The position numbers and the translations under genes were made by a program. The notes under the pieces are model-generated. The model was not told the DNA's origin, made no database searches, and saw nothing but the letters and a program-made list of their open reading frames with translations. From an uncultured Gemmatimonadaceae bacterium (GTDB lineage Bacteria; Gemmatimonadota; Gemmatimonadetes; Gemmatimonadales; Gemmatimonadaceae), in assembly GCA_963822945.1 (NCBI GenBank), contig CAWGJO010000026.1, positions 96,001-160,000 of the forward strand: 64,000 bases of DNA, read 5' to 3'. Of this stretch, positions 30,721 through 42,383 are shown piece by piece (position 1 is the first letter of the stretch; each line of letters opens with the position of its first letter).

Positions 30721-32445
30721 ATGTCTCGCAGATGGTCTGCAGCCGCGGCTGCCATCCTCGTCGTTCCCGCACTGGCGCTCGCGCAGCGCGGGGGACGCGG
30801 TGGATTCGGCGCCAGCGGCGCCACCCCCGAAAACTCGGCGGTCTTCGCGCCGTCAGCGCCCACCTTCCCGACCGCCGATCCCATCATCAAGCGGATCTGG
30901 GCTATGGGCATGGACAGCTCGCACACCGAGCAACTGTCGCAGGTGCTGTTCGACTCCCTCGGTCCGCGCCTCATGGGCGCCCCCGACCTCAAACGCGCCC
31001 AGGATTGGCTGGTGGACACCTACAAGTCCATGGGCATCAGCGCCAAGGAGGAGCAGTACGGCACCTGGCGCGGGTGGATCCGCGGACCGTCCCACATCGA
31101 TCTCATCGCGCCGCGGGTGCGCAGCCTCGAGGGCACGATGGTCGGGTACAGCCCGGGCACCGGCGGCAAGGACGTGGTGTACGAGACCGTCATCCTTCCG
31201 CACTTTGCGGATAGCACGGAGTTCGTGCGGTGGCTGCCGCAGGCCGCCGGCAAGCTGGTGCTGGTGAATGCGCCGCCGGCCACCTGCCGTCCCACGGACG
31301 ACTGGGCGGCCAACGCCGCCCCCGAAGTCGCCGCGCACATGGACAGCGTGCGTCAGGCGCTGGCGCGCGAGTGGGGCGGGCGCAACGTCCGCGGCACCGG
31401 ATACAGCCTGGCCCTCGGCGGCGGAGAACTGGGCGTGCGCCTCGAAGACGGTGGGGCCGGCGGCATCATCACGTCGCGTCCCAAGAATGGTTGGGGCACG
31501 CGCGAGATCTTCGAGACCTACAACGTGAAGACGCCGGCCGTCTCGCTCTCGTGCGAGGACTACGGCCTCGTGTTCCGGCTGACCGAGAACAACCAGCACC
31601 CGAAGCTGCGGCTCAACCTCGACGGCACGCTGCTCGGCGAGCAGCCGGTGTTCAACGTCGTGGCCACGATCCCCGGCACCAAGCATCCCGACGAGTACGT
31701 GGTGCTCTCGGCGCACTTCGACTCGTGGGACGGTTCCTCGGGAGCCACCGACAACGGCACCGGCACGATCACGATGCTCGAGGCCATGCGGATTCTCCAT
31801 CAGGTGCTGCCGCACCCCGACCGCACGATCATCGCCGGCCACTGGAGCGGGGAGGAGGAGGGCGAAGTCGGGTCCAAGGCGTTCACCGAGGATCACCCGG
31901 CGGTGATGAAGGGGCTGCAGATGCTCTTCAACCAGGACAACGGCACCGGCCGCATCGTGCGGTTGAACGCCGGCGGCCTGCCCGATGCCGCGGCACACCT
32001 CACGCGCTGGATGAACACGGTTCCGGTGGAGTTCAAGATGCAGACCGGGTACGACGGGAGTCCGGGACGCCCCGCCGGCGGCGGCAGCGACGACTTCTCC
32101 TTCAGCTGCGCCGGCGCTCCCATCACCGGGCTCGGCGCGCTCTCGTGGGACTACGGCAACTACACCTGGCATACCGGCCGCGACACGTACGACAAGATCG
32201 TGTTCGCCGACCTGCATGCCAACGCCACGTTGACCGCGATGCTGGCCTATCTGGCCGCGCAGGATCCGGCGCAGATCACGCGCCAACGCATCGACCTCGT
32301 CGCGCAGGCGCGTGCCGACTCGATCGCGGCCGCGGCGCGCGGTGGCGGTGGCCGCGGCTTCGGGCGCGGGCGTGGCCGGGGCGGTCCGCCCACCTGGCCG
32401 AGTTGCGAGAAGGCACCGAGGAGTACGAATCCGCGGCTCAAGTAG
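30721..32445 (+). CDS. Secreted M28 metallopeptidase (carboxypeptidase Q-like)
   Basis: Signal peptide, SAHFDSW, GATDNGTG, SGEEEG, NQDNG, GGSD, WHTGRDTYD. RBS AGGAGG. Confidence 0.9.
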   Translation: MSRRWSAAAAAILVVPALALAQRGGRGGFGASGATPENSAVFAPSAPTFPTADPIIKRIWAMGMDSSHTEQLSQVLFDSLGPRLMGAPDLKRAQDWLVDTYKSMGISAKEEQYGTWRGWIRGPSHIDLIAPRVRSLEGTMVGYSPGTGGKDVVYETVILPHFADSTEFVRWLPQAAGKLVLVNAPPATCRPTDDWAANAAPEVAAHMDSVRQALAREWGGRNVRGTGYSLALGGGELGVRLEDGGAGGIITSRPKNGWGTREIFETYNVKTPAVSLSCEDYGLVFRLTENNQHPKLRLNLDGTLLGEQPVFNVVATIPGTKHPDEYVVLSAHFDSWDGSSGATDNGTGTITMLEAMRILHQVLPHPDRTIIAGHWSGEEEGEVGSKAFTEDHPAVMKGLQMLFNQDNGTGRIVRLNAGGLPDAAAHLTRWMNTVPVEFKMQTGYDGSPGRPAGGGSDDFSFSCAGAPITGLGALSWDYGNYTWHTGRDTYDKIVFADLHANATLTAMLAYLAAQDPAQITRQRIDLVAQARADSIAAAARGGGGRGFGRGRGRGGPPTWPSCEKAPRSTNPRLK

Positions 32446-32450
32446 CGAAC

Positions 32451-32537
32451 GACGGTAGGTCGGTAGGATCGGTAGGTCGGTAGGCCGGTGGAACGGATGA
32501 CTGCGGGACGCAGTCGGTCCGCTGCCGGCCTACCGTC
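32451..32537. repeat. Intergenic imperfect tandem CGGTAGG(T/AT/C) repeats with a downstream inverted copy (long hairpin)
   Basis: CGGTAGG at 32453, 32461, 32470 and 32478. Inner stem GACTGCG-gga-CGCAGTC (32499-32515). CCGGCCTACCG (32525-32535) is the reverse complement of 32478-32488. Confidence 0.8.
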
Positions 32538-32572
32538 TTTCCGTCCCACTCTCAGGTCGTAGATTGCGTTCC

Positions 32573-34573
<2,001 letters not shown>

Positions 34574-34602
34574 ACCCGGTGAAGTCTCCAGGGGAAACCC
34601 GC

Positions 34603-36372
34603 ATGGACCCGAGGGTGTCAGCGGTGACGGGACTCTTGCAGGGTAGACGGTCGCTCGTCGTGGCGGTGTGCGTGGTGACGTTGGCCGGGGCGTTCTACGC
34701 CGTCACCGTGCCGCGCGGATTCGACTTCGACTCCGACCACGCGCAGTACGCGGGCCTGGCCACGTCGCTGGCGCATGGAGCCGGGTACACCTTCAACGGG
34801 CGTTTCAACGTCAAGTATCCCCCGGGGTACCCGGCGCTCCTGGCGCCGGTGAGCAAGGTGTCCGGCGGTAGCTATGGGGCGATGGCGGTGGTGACCGCCA
34901 TCGTGGGGGCGATCGTGCTTGGGTTGGTGGTACTGTACGTTCGGGAGCGCGATCGCGCGCTTGGCTTGCCGATTGCGTTTGCGCTCGCGCTCTCAGCCGC
35001 CTACTACCGCGTGCTGTCGGATGCCGTCGCGTCCGACATGGTGTACCTCGCCACGACGGCGGCCTTTCTCCTCTGGGCAGAGCGTCGTTGGGCCACGGAT
35101 GGGCGACGCTCTGCGGCCTTTGTCACCGGGGGGGCGCTCCTCCTGGCTTACGCCGTTCTGGTCCGCACGGTCGGCATCGCGCTGATCGTAGGCTTCGCCT
35201 TGACGCTGATCCAGCGCGCCGTGTCGCGTCGCGAACGCCCATGGGTCGGCGACATCGCCGTTGTCGCGACGGGCGCGGCCGCACTCCTGGGCTGGATGGT
35301 CATCCAGTCCATGAATCGACACCCTCTGTACCCCGGCCAGTACTACGATTCCTACGTTCGACAGCTGTTGGTGGCCGATCCGCACAATGTGAACAGCGGC
35401 TTGTTGACGCCAATGGGCGCCATTGCTCGGGCGATGAGGGCGATGCCCCTCCGCCTTGCCGGGATCGCGGAGCTGCTCACGAACCTGGCGTGGGTGAAAC
35501 CGCGTTGGTTCTCGCCGGCCGTGGCGGGTGCGCTGGTGCTCATCGCCATCGGCGTGTACCGAGACCTCCGGAGATCGGTGCCGCTCGCGGCGTGGTACTT
35601 CCTCTGCTACATGGGCATCATCGTGCTCTGGCCGTTTGGTGAGATGCGGTTCCTGGTGGATGTGGAATTCCTGTTCTTTCTGTTCGCACTGGGCGGGCTC
35701 CGTGCCATTCATGCGGAGGTCGTGGCGCGTCCGGACCGAGCGAGAAGGGGCGTGCTGGCCGTCGCCGCGGTGGCCGGGGCGCTTGGGGGCGCGACGTGGC
35801 TGTGGAATCGGTCCGGCTGGTCATTGCAGGATACCGCCGGCCTCGTGGCCTGGGGGGCATTACTGTTACTTGGCGTCTGGATGAAGCGCGGTACCTGGAC
35901 GCGCCGCGCCGGGGCGGCCGTGCGTGCAACCGGGGTGGCGTACGTGGCCGGATACGTGCTGCTCGGCGCGAGCCAAATCGTACCGTTCGCCAGACGTAAC
36001 GTCGTCGGAGCCCTGCCGCCGTGGATGAAGGTCCGGGCAAACGCCGCTGAGTGGCTGATCAGAAACTCGCCGCCCGGCGCTCGCGCCATGACGACGTGGG
36101 ACGCATCCTTGCACTATGCGACCGGTCGGCCGACCGTCCCCCTGCCGCTCTCCACGAGCGAGTCCGTGATGCGGGCGGCTCTGGTCGGTCTGGCACCGAA
36201 CTATATCGTCGTATTCGACTCGACCACCGAGGGCGGCCAGTACTTCCGCCCTGGCGACGAGGAGCGATTCGCGATCCTGCGAGCGGTTGCTCCCGGGCGG
36301 TTCGCGATCGCCGGCACGTTCTCGGGCGGGCGGGTGTACGCGGTGCGGCGGAGCGAAACGGGCGTCCGGTAA
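34603..36372 (+). CDS. Polytopic membrane protein, GT-C/PMT-like glycosyltransferase
   Basis: First loop FDSDHAQYAGLATSLA, KYPPGYPALLA, VASDMVY, LVRTVG, many TM helices and a soluble C-terminal domain. Visibly more T/A-ending codons than its neighbours. Confidence 0.7.
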   Translation: MDPRVSAVTGLLQGRRSLVVAVCVVTLAGAFYAVTVPRGFDFDSDHAQYAGLATSLAHGAGYTFNGRFNVKYPPGYPALLAPVSKVSGGSYGAMAVVTAIVGAIVLGLVVLYVRERDRALGLPIAFALALSAAYYRVLSDAVASDMVYLATTAAFLLWAERRWATDGRRSAAFVTGGALLLAYAVLVRTVGIALIVGFALTLIQRAVSRRERPWVGDIAVVATGAAALLGWMVIQSMNRHPLYPGQYYDSYVRQLLVADPHNVNSGLLTPMGAIARAMRAMPLRLAGIAELLTNLAWVKPRWFSPAVAGALVLIAIGVYRDLRRSVPLAAWYFLCYMGIIVLWPFGEMRFLVDVEFLFFLFALGGLRAIHAEVVARPDRARRGVLAVAAVAGALGGATWLWNRSGWSLQDTAGLVAWGALLLLGVWMKRGTWTRRAGAAVRATGVAYVAGYVLLGASQIVPFARRNVVGALPPWMKVRANAAEWLIRNSPPGARAMTTWDASLHYATGRPTVPLPLSTSESVMRAALVGLAPNYIVVFDSTTEGGQYFRPGDEERFAILRAVAPGRFAIAGTFSGGRVYAVRRSETGVR

Positions 36373-36433
36373 AGAACACCGATGCGCTGGCCAATCCGCA
36401 GGCGCTCGATCTCTTTCGCGACCTGCCGGAACT
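36358..36433 (+). repeat. Right copy of the 76-bp direct repeat (orphan acsA 3' tail ending ELTA*)
   Basis: Encodes [27 protein letters not shown] (TAG 36441-36443). Three differences from the left copy, all synonymous in the acsA frame. Confidence 0.95.
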
Positions 36434-36439
36434 GACGGC

Positions 36440-38179
36440 CTAGGAGCCGAGCCGCGGGCGATCGGACGAATTCACGGCGCGGGACGTGGCATCCGCGGAC
36501 TCCCGGGCCTGCTCCGTGAGTTCCTCCACCACCCGCTGAAGCCGGGCCTTTCGCTTCCGCGCACTCGTGCCGTACGAATATCTGGCGGCCGCGAGCACGC
36601 CGCCGAATGTGGCAACGGCCATCGCCACCGCGCCGGCGACGCCGAACCAGCCGTGGGTCGCGGCCATCGGCATCGCGATGCCCGTCCCGCCGGCGGTGAG
36701 GTACGCGCCCCCCACTATGCCGATGATCCGCGCCCGCCGGCCCAGCGCCTCCATGTTCTCTGCGGCCCTGATCGTCGTCTTGCCGTTTCGCGAGACCACC
36801 GAGATGTGTACCGTCCGCTGCCGGGCGAGTGACGTCCAGGTGAGCGAACGCCCCATGGTGGACACGGCGCCCGCCTGCTCCATGCGCCGGCGAATCGTGT
36901 CGGCCATCAGGTCGAAATCGGACTCCGGGATCTCGGCGCCCACCACGGCCTCGTACTCGATGTTCATCGGCGCGCCGAGGAGTCTGGACGGTTTGGGGCT
37001 CACGTCGCTGACGGTCACCGGCGTGCCGGCCGGCACGGCCATCTCCGGCGCGCGCACCAGCCCATGCTCCGCCATCGCATGGTCCACGTACTGCTCCGGG
37101 ATGCCGGCCTCCAACGCCGATTGGCGCACCGACCCCAGATCGTATCCCGATGTGCGGCTGGCGTCCGCCGTCGCGTCGCGCGCCCGGGGCGCCGGCACCG
37201 GGCGCGGCTCGAGCCCAGTCATCGCCTGCAACTGGGCCGCGCGATTCCAGATCTCCTGCGCCTCCCCTTCCGACACCACGGCCGGCGCGTCGGGCGCCGT
37301 CTTCGCACGTGCGGCATCGCGGGCCACCTCGCCCTCCACCTGCTGCAGCGCGTCGGCGAGTTCGGCGCCGTTCTGGAATCGTGCCCCGGGTTCCTTGGCC
37401 AGGCATCGGTCGATGATTTCAGCCAGCGCCCGGGGGGCGTTGGGCGCCACGGTGAGCACCGGCGGCGCCGGCTTGGTCACCTGGGCCACGAGAACGGCCG
37501 AGGCCAGCGCCGCGTTGAAGGGGAAGCGGCCCGTGAGGGCGAAATAGGCGACCACGCCGAGCGAGTACAGATCGCTGCGTCCGTCCAGCGATTCGCCCGA
37601 CACCTGCTCAGGGCTCATGTAGTACACGGTGCCCAGCACCTGGCCGGTGGCGGTGAGCGGTGCCGCCTCCGCCAGGCGTGCGATTCCGAAGTCCGTGACC
37701 AGGGCCGAGCCGGTGGACTGCTCGATGAGAATGTTCTCCGCCTTCACGTCACGATGGATCACGCCGTGCGCGTGGGCGTAGCCGAGAGCCAGCGCCACGT
37801 CGTACATCTCGCGCCGGACTTCGCGCGGATCCAACCGCCGGGCCTCGCGTACGCGTTCGGCCACCGACGCGCCGTTCACGTATCCCATCGCGAAGAACAC
37901 GTGTCCGTCGATCTCGTCGGCGCGATAGACCGGGACGATGTTCGGGTGCGAGAGCTTTGCGGCGGTCCGCGCTTCACGCAGGAAGCGTTCACGGATCGCC
38001 ACGTCCGCCGCCAGATGCGGCGGCAGCGTCTTGAGCGCCACCGGACGGTCGAGTTTCACGTCGCGCCCCAGATACACGATCCCCATGCCGCCGCGGCCGA
38101 TCTCCCGCTCCAGGGCATACTGGCCGGCGAGCGACCGCGCGAAGTTCACGAATTCGGGAGTCGGCGAAGTGTCAGCCAC
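36440..38179 (-). CDS. Hanks-type Ser/Thr protein kinase with an uncharacterised C-terminal domain and 2-TM hairpin (paralog 1)
   Basis: [48 protein letters not shown]-terminal hydrophobic hairpin. Confidence 0.93.
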   Translation of the reverse strand: MADTSPTPEFVNFARSLAGQYALEREIGRGGMGIVYLGRDVKLDRPVALKTLPPHLAADVAIRERFLREARTAAKLSHPNIVPVYRADEIDGHVFFAMGYVNGASVAERVREARRLDPREVRREMYDVALALGYAHAHGVIHRDVKAENILIEQSTGSALVTDFGIARLAEAAPLTATGQVLGTVYYMSPEQVSGESLDGRSDLYSLGVVAYFALTGRFPFNAALASAVLVAQVTKPAPPVLTVAPNAPRALAEIIDRCLAKEPGARFQNGAELADALQQVEGEVARDAARAKTAPDAPAVVSEGEAQEIWNRAAQLQAMTGLEPRPVPAPRARDATADASRTSGYDLGSVRQSALEAGIPEQYVDHAMAEHGLVRAPEMAVPAGTPVTVSDVSPKPSRLLGAPMNIEYEAVVGAEIPESDFDLMADTIRRRMEQAGAVSTMGRSLTWTSLARQRTVHISVVSRNGKTTIRAAENMEALGRRARIIGIVGGAYLTAGGTGIAMPMAATHGWFGVAGAVAMAVATFGGVLAAARYSYGTSARKRKARLQRVVEELTEQARESADATSRAVNSSDRPRLGS

Positions 38180-38197
38180 GTGAGGGCCTTTGGGGGG

Positions 38198-39904
38198 TTA
38201 CGGTTTGAGGCGCGGCGCTCCAGGCGCCGGCGCCAGCGACGGATCGTCCGACACGGCCTCGCGGATCTGTTCGGCCAATTCGGTGGTGAGTTGGCGCAAC
38301 GTATCTTTGCGCTTTCGGCTCCGGTTGGCAAAGATGGTGCGTGCCAGCCCATACATGGCCGCAACCCAGCCCAGTTCCATCAATATGGGGCCTGCCGGCG
38401 AGTGGAACATGTTGAGGCCGATGCTGATGGCCACCCCGGACATCCCTCCGCCCGCGCCGCCCATGATGCCGCCGAACAATCCACCGGCGAGCGAACTCAT
38501 GTTCTCGACTGCACGCACGGTCGTCTTCCCGTTCCGCGACAGCACGGATACGTGGACGGTGCGCTGCTTGGACAGGGTGGTCCACGACAGCGAGCGCCCC
38601 ACGGCCGTGAGCGCCCCCGCCTCGCCGATCCGGCGGCGGATCGTCTCGGCCAGTAGATCGAAGTCGCGCTCGTCCATCTCGGCCCCCACCACGGCCTCGA
38701 ACTCGATGTTGGTGGAGCCACCTGAGATCCACGAGACCTTCGGTCGCAGGTCCTGCACGGCCACGGTCACCGCGCTCGACGCCCCAGTCGAGACGAGTCC
38801 GTGTTCGGCCAGGGCATGGTCCACGTACTGCGCGGGAATCCCTGCTTCGGCTGCTGCCTCGCGTACGTCCGAGAGCGCAAACCCCGACGTCCGTCCGGCG
38901 TCGCTTGCCGTGTCGCGCGGCCGCGGCGCCGGGGCCGCGCGCGGTTGCAGCCCCGTCTGCGCCTGCAGGGCGGCGGCCCGTTCCCAGATGGCCTGCGCTT
39001 CCGTCTCCGAAACGAGCTTCGGAGCTTGCGGCAGGCTGGCCGCGCGCGCGGCGTCACGTGCGACCTCGTTCTCCACGGCGTCGAGCGCGGCAGCCAACTC
39101 CCCGCCGGTCGAAAATCGCGCGGCCGCCTCTTTCGCCAGGCAGCGATCGACGATCTCCGCCAGCGCCCGCGGCACGTTCGGCGCCACCGTCAGCAGGGCG
39201 GGGGCCGCCTTGGTGACGTGCGCCACGAGCACCGCCGATGCCATGGTGGCTTCGAACGGGAATCGCCCGGCGAGCGCGTAGAACGCGACCACGCCAAGCG
39301 AGTACAGATCGCTACGTCCGTCCAACGCCTCGCCGCCTACCTGTTCCGGACTCATGTAGTAGACGCTACCGAGCACCTGACCCGTGGCCGTGAGTGGGGA
39401 CGCCTCGGCCAACCGGGCAATGCCGAAGTCGGTGACCATCGCCGTGCCGGTGGCGCTCTCGATCAGGATGTTCTCCGCCTTGATATCCCGATGGACCACT
39501 CCGTGGCGGGCGGCATAGCCCAGGGCCGACGCGACGTCGCGCATCTCTCGCAGGACCTCGCGCGCATCGAGCGGGCCCGACCGGCGGACGCGATCGGCCA
39601 GGGATTCGCCGTCCACATATCCCATCACGAAGAAGACCTGGCCGTCGATCTCGTCGGCACGATAGATCGGCACGATGTCGGGGTGCGACAGTTTGGCCGC
39701 CGTCCGCGCTTCGCGCAGAAACCGCTCCCGCACCTGCGGGTCACTGGCCAGATGCGGCGGCAGCGTCTTGATCGCGACCGGCCGGTCGAGCTTCAGGTCG
39801 CGTCCCAGGTACACCAGCCCCATGCCGCCGCGCCCGATCTCGCGTTCGAGCACGTACTGGCCTTCGAGCAGTCGGGCGAAACTCGTGAATTCTGGCGTGG
39901 TCAT
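38198..39904 (-). CDS. Hanks-type Ser/Thr protein kinase with an uncharacterised C-terminal domain and 2-TM hairpin (paralog 2)
   Basis: [47 protein letters not shown]. Colinear with paralog 1 over its full length. Confidence 0.93.
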   Translation of the reverse strand: MTTPEFTSFARLLEGQYVLEREIGRGGMGLVYLGRDLKLDRPVAIKTLPPHLASDPQVRERFLREARTAAKLSHPDIVPIYRADEIDGQVFFVMGYVDGESLADRVRRSGPLDAREVLREMRDVASALGYAARHGVVHRDIKAENILIESATGTAMVTDFGIARLAEASPLTATGQVLGSVYYMSPEQVGGEALDGRSDLYSLGVVAFYALAGRFPFEATMASAVLVAHVTKAAPALLTVAPNVPRALAEIVDRCLAKEAAARFSTGGELAAALDAVENEVARDAARAASLPQAPKLVSETEAQAIWERAAALQAQTGLQPRAAPAPRPRDTASDAGRTSGFALSDVREAAAEAGIPAQYVDHALAEHGLVSTGASSAVTVAVQDLRPKVSWISGGSTNIEFEAVVGAEMDERDFDLLAETIRRRIGEAGALTAVGRSLSWTTLSKQRTVHVSVLSRNGKTTVRAVENMSSLAGGLFGGIMGGAGGGMSGVAISIGLNMFHSPAGPILMELGWVAAMYGLARTIFANRSRKRKDTLRQLTTELAEQIREAVSDDPSLAPAPGAPRLKP

Positions 39905-40049
39905 CGTGATTGGCGATACGGAGGGCGCGCGCCGGGGTTTCGCCCGGCCGGTCAAGCAAAGATGCGCCGCCTCGCGGCCCGGCGCGACCCCGTTAGATTG
40001 GACGTATTCCACCCATCGCATGGCCGCATCCATCTGCGAGGACCTGATC

Positions 40050-41174
40050 ATGGCAACTCAGACTCTCCCGGCGCCGGCCCAGGCGCATGACACGTTCCCG
40101 ATCAACGGGACCGACTACATCGAGTTCTACGTCGGCAACGCCAAGCAGGCGAGCCTCTACTACCGGACGGCGTTCGGGTTCAAGCTGGTGGCCTACCGCG
40201 GCCCCGAAACGGGCACCCGCGACCGGGCCAGCTACGTGCTGCAGCAGGGCAAGGTGCGCTTCGTGCTCACCACGCCCCTCGGGCCGGACGATGAGATCTC
40301 CCGCCACATCGCCGAGCACGGCGACGGGGTGAAGGACCTCGCCCTCTGGGTCAACAACGCCAAGACGGCGTATGCCAAGGCCATCAAGCGCGGCGCCGAA
40401 TCGGTGCGCGAGCCGGAAGTGATCGAGGACGAGCACGGGCACGTGGTCATTGCCGCCATCAAGACGTACGGCGAGACCATCCACTCGCTGGTCGAGCGCA
40501 AGAAGTACAAGGGGCCCTTCCTGCCGGGGTTCGTGGCCGTGGATCCCGTGTACCAGGGCAAGTCCGTGGGCCTCAAGTACGTGGACCATTGCGTGGGCAA
40601 CGTCGAACTGGGCGCGATGAACAAGTGGGTCCGCTTCTACGAAGACGTGCTCGGCTTCTACAACCTCATCTCGTTCGACGACAAGGCGATCAGCACCGAA
40701 TACTCGGCGCTCATGTCCAAGGTCGTCTCCAACGGCAACGGCCGCATCAAGTTCCCGCTCAACGAGCCGGCCGCCGGCCGCAAGAAGTCGCAGATCGACG
40801 AGTATCTGGAGTTCTACCGCGGCCCGGGCGTGCAGCACATGGCGCTCGAGACCAACGACATCGTCAAGACCGTCACCAAGCTGCGCAAGAACGGCGTCGA
40901 GTTCCTGCGCGTGCCGGCGACCTACTACGACACGGTGCTCGACCGCGTCGGCCACATCGACGAGGACATCGCGCCGCTCAAGGAGCTTGGCATCCTCGTG
41001 GACCGGGATGACGAGGGATACCTGCTGCAGATCTTCACGAAGCCCGTGCAGGACCGCCCCACCGTCTTCTTCGAGATCATCCAGCGCAAGGGCGCCAAGA
41101 GCTTCGGCGCCGGCAACTTCAAGGCCCTGTTCGAAGCCATCGAGCGCGAGCAGGCGCTGCGCGGAAACCTCTGA
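40050..41174 (+). CDS. hppD: 4-hydroxyphenylpyruvate dioxygenase
   Basis: [69 protein letters not shown]. Confidence 0.97.
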   Translation: MATQTLPAPAQAHDTFPINGTDYIEFYVGNAKQASLYYRTAFGFKLVAYRGPETGTRDRASYVLQQGKVRFVLTTPLGPDDEISRHIAEHGDGVKDLALWVNNAKTAYAKAIKRGAESVREPEVIEDEHGHVVIAAIKTYGETIHSLVERKKYKGPFLPGFVAVDPVYQGKSVGLKYVDHCVGNVELGAMNKWVRFYEDVLGFYNLISFDDKAISTEYSALMSKVVSNGNGRIKFPLNEPAAGRKKSQIDEYLEFYRGPGVQHMALETNDIVKTVTKLRKNGVEFLRVPATYYDTVLDRVGHIDEDIAPLKELGILVDRDDEGYLLQIFTKPVQDRPTVFFEIIQRKGAKSFGAGNFKALFEAIEREQALRGNL

Positions 41175-42364
41175 TGCCGTTCTATCACTCGCTCGGCGAG
41201 ATCCCGCGCAAGCGACACACCGTGTTCCGCAAGACCGACGGCGGGCTGTACGCCGAGGAACTGCGCGGGCACGAGGGCTTTTCGGGCACGTCGGCGCTCC
41301 TGTACCACACGTATCCGCCCACCACCGTGAAGGCCGTCAAGCGGCTGCGCGAGATGACGTACGAACGCGATCCCGACCACACGCTCAAGCACCGGCACTT
41401 CCGCACGTCGCGCGTGAAGCCGCATGGCAGTCCGACGCTCGACCGCACGCCGCTGCTGTTCAATCGGGACATCGCCATGCTGTACGTGGAGCCCACCCGG
41501 CGCGACGAGCACTTCTACCGCAATGCCCAGGGCGACGAGGTGGTGTACGTCGCCAAGGGGAGCGGGGTCCTCGAAACGGAATTCGGTGACCTGCCGTTCG
41601 GGGAAGGCGACTACCTGGTGATCCACCGCGGCATCATGCACCGCTACCAGTTGAACACCGGCGAGCAGCCGAAGCTGCTCGTCTTCGAGAGCCGGGGCCA
41701 CGTGCGCACCCCGGCGCGCTACCGGAACGAGTTCGGCCAGCTCAAAGAGGGCGCGCCGTATTCCGAGCGCGACATCCGGATTCCGCAGGAACTGCGCACG
41801 CACGACGAGAAGGGCGACTTCCCACTGCTCGTCAAGCAGTACAACGGCCTCAACGAATACATCATCGACCACCATCCGCTCGATGTCGTGGGGTGGGACG
41901 GCTACTTCTATCCGTGGGCGTTCAACATCCGCGACTTCGAGCCGATCGTGGGCCGCGTGCACCAGCCACCACCGGTGCACCAGACCTTCGAAGGCGACGG
42001 GTTCGTCATCTGCTCCTTCTGTCCCCGCCCGTACGACTTCGATCCCAACTCGATTCCTGCGCCGTACAACCACAGCAACGTGGATTCCGACGAGGTGCTG
42101 TACTACGCCTCCAGCGAATTCATGAGCCGCAAGGGCATCGAGTTCGGCAGTATCACGCACCACCCCGACGGGATCCCCCATGGACCCCACCCGGGTCGCG
42201 CCGAAGCCTCGATCGGCGCCAAGCACACCGACGAACTCGCCGTGATGATGGACAGCTTCCGTCCGCTCACGGTGGCCAAAGCCGCGCTCCCCATCGAGGA
42301 TCCCGAGTACTACAAGAGCTGGCTCGACGACCAGCACGCGGCCTTCAATCCACCCACTTCCTGA
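41174..42364 (+). CDS. hmgA: Homogentisate 1,2-dioxygenase
   Basis: FYRNAQGDE, HHPLDVVGWDG, VHQPPPVHQTF, PYNHSNVDSDEVLYY, HPDGIPHGPHPG, ELAVMMDSF. TGATG overlap with hppD. Confidence 0.95.
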   Translation: MPFYHSLGEIPRKRHTVFRKTDGGLYAEELRGHEGFSGTSALLYHTYPPTTVKAVKRLREMTYERDPDHTLKHRHFRTSRVKPHGSPTLDRTPLLFNRDIAMLYVEPTRRDEHFYRNAQGDEVVYVAKGSGVLETEFGDLPFGEGDYLVIHRGIMHRYQLNTGEQPKLLVFESRGHVRTPARYRNEFGQLKEGAPYSERDIRIPQELRTHDEKGDFPLLVKQYNGLNEYIIDHHPLDVVGWDGYFYPWAFNIRDFEPIVGRVHQPPPVHQTFEGDGFVICSFCPRPYDFDPNSIPAPYNHSNVDSDEVLYYASSEFMSRKGIEFGSITHHPDGIPHGPHPGRAEASIGAKHTDELAVMMDSFRPLTVAKAALPIEDPEYYKSWLDDQHAAFNPPTS

Positions 42365-42383
42365 CCGACCCCACGGTCGAGAT

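Noticed and set aside
32451..32537. Possible CRISPR array
   Set aside because: Units are only 8-9 nt with no unique spacers, and there are no cas genes.
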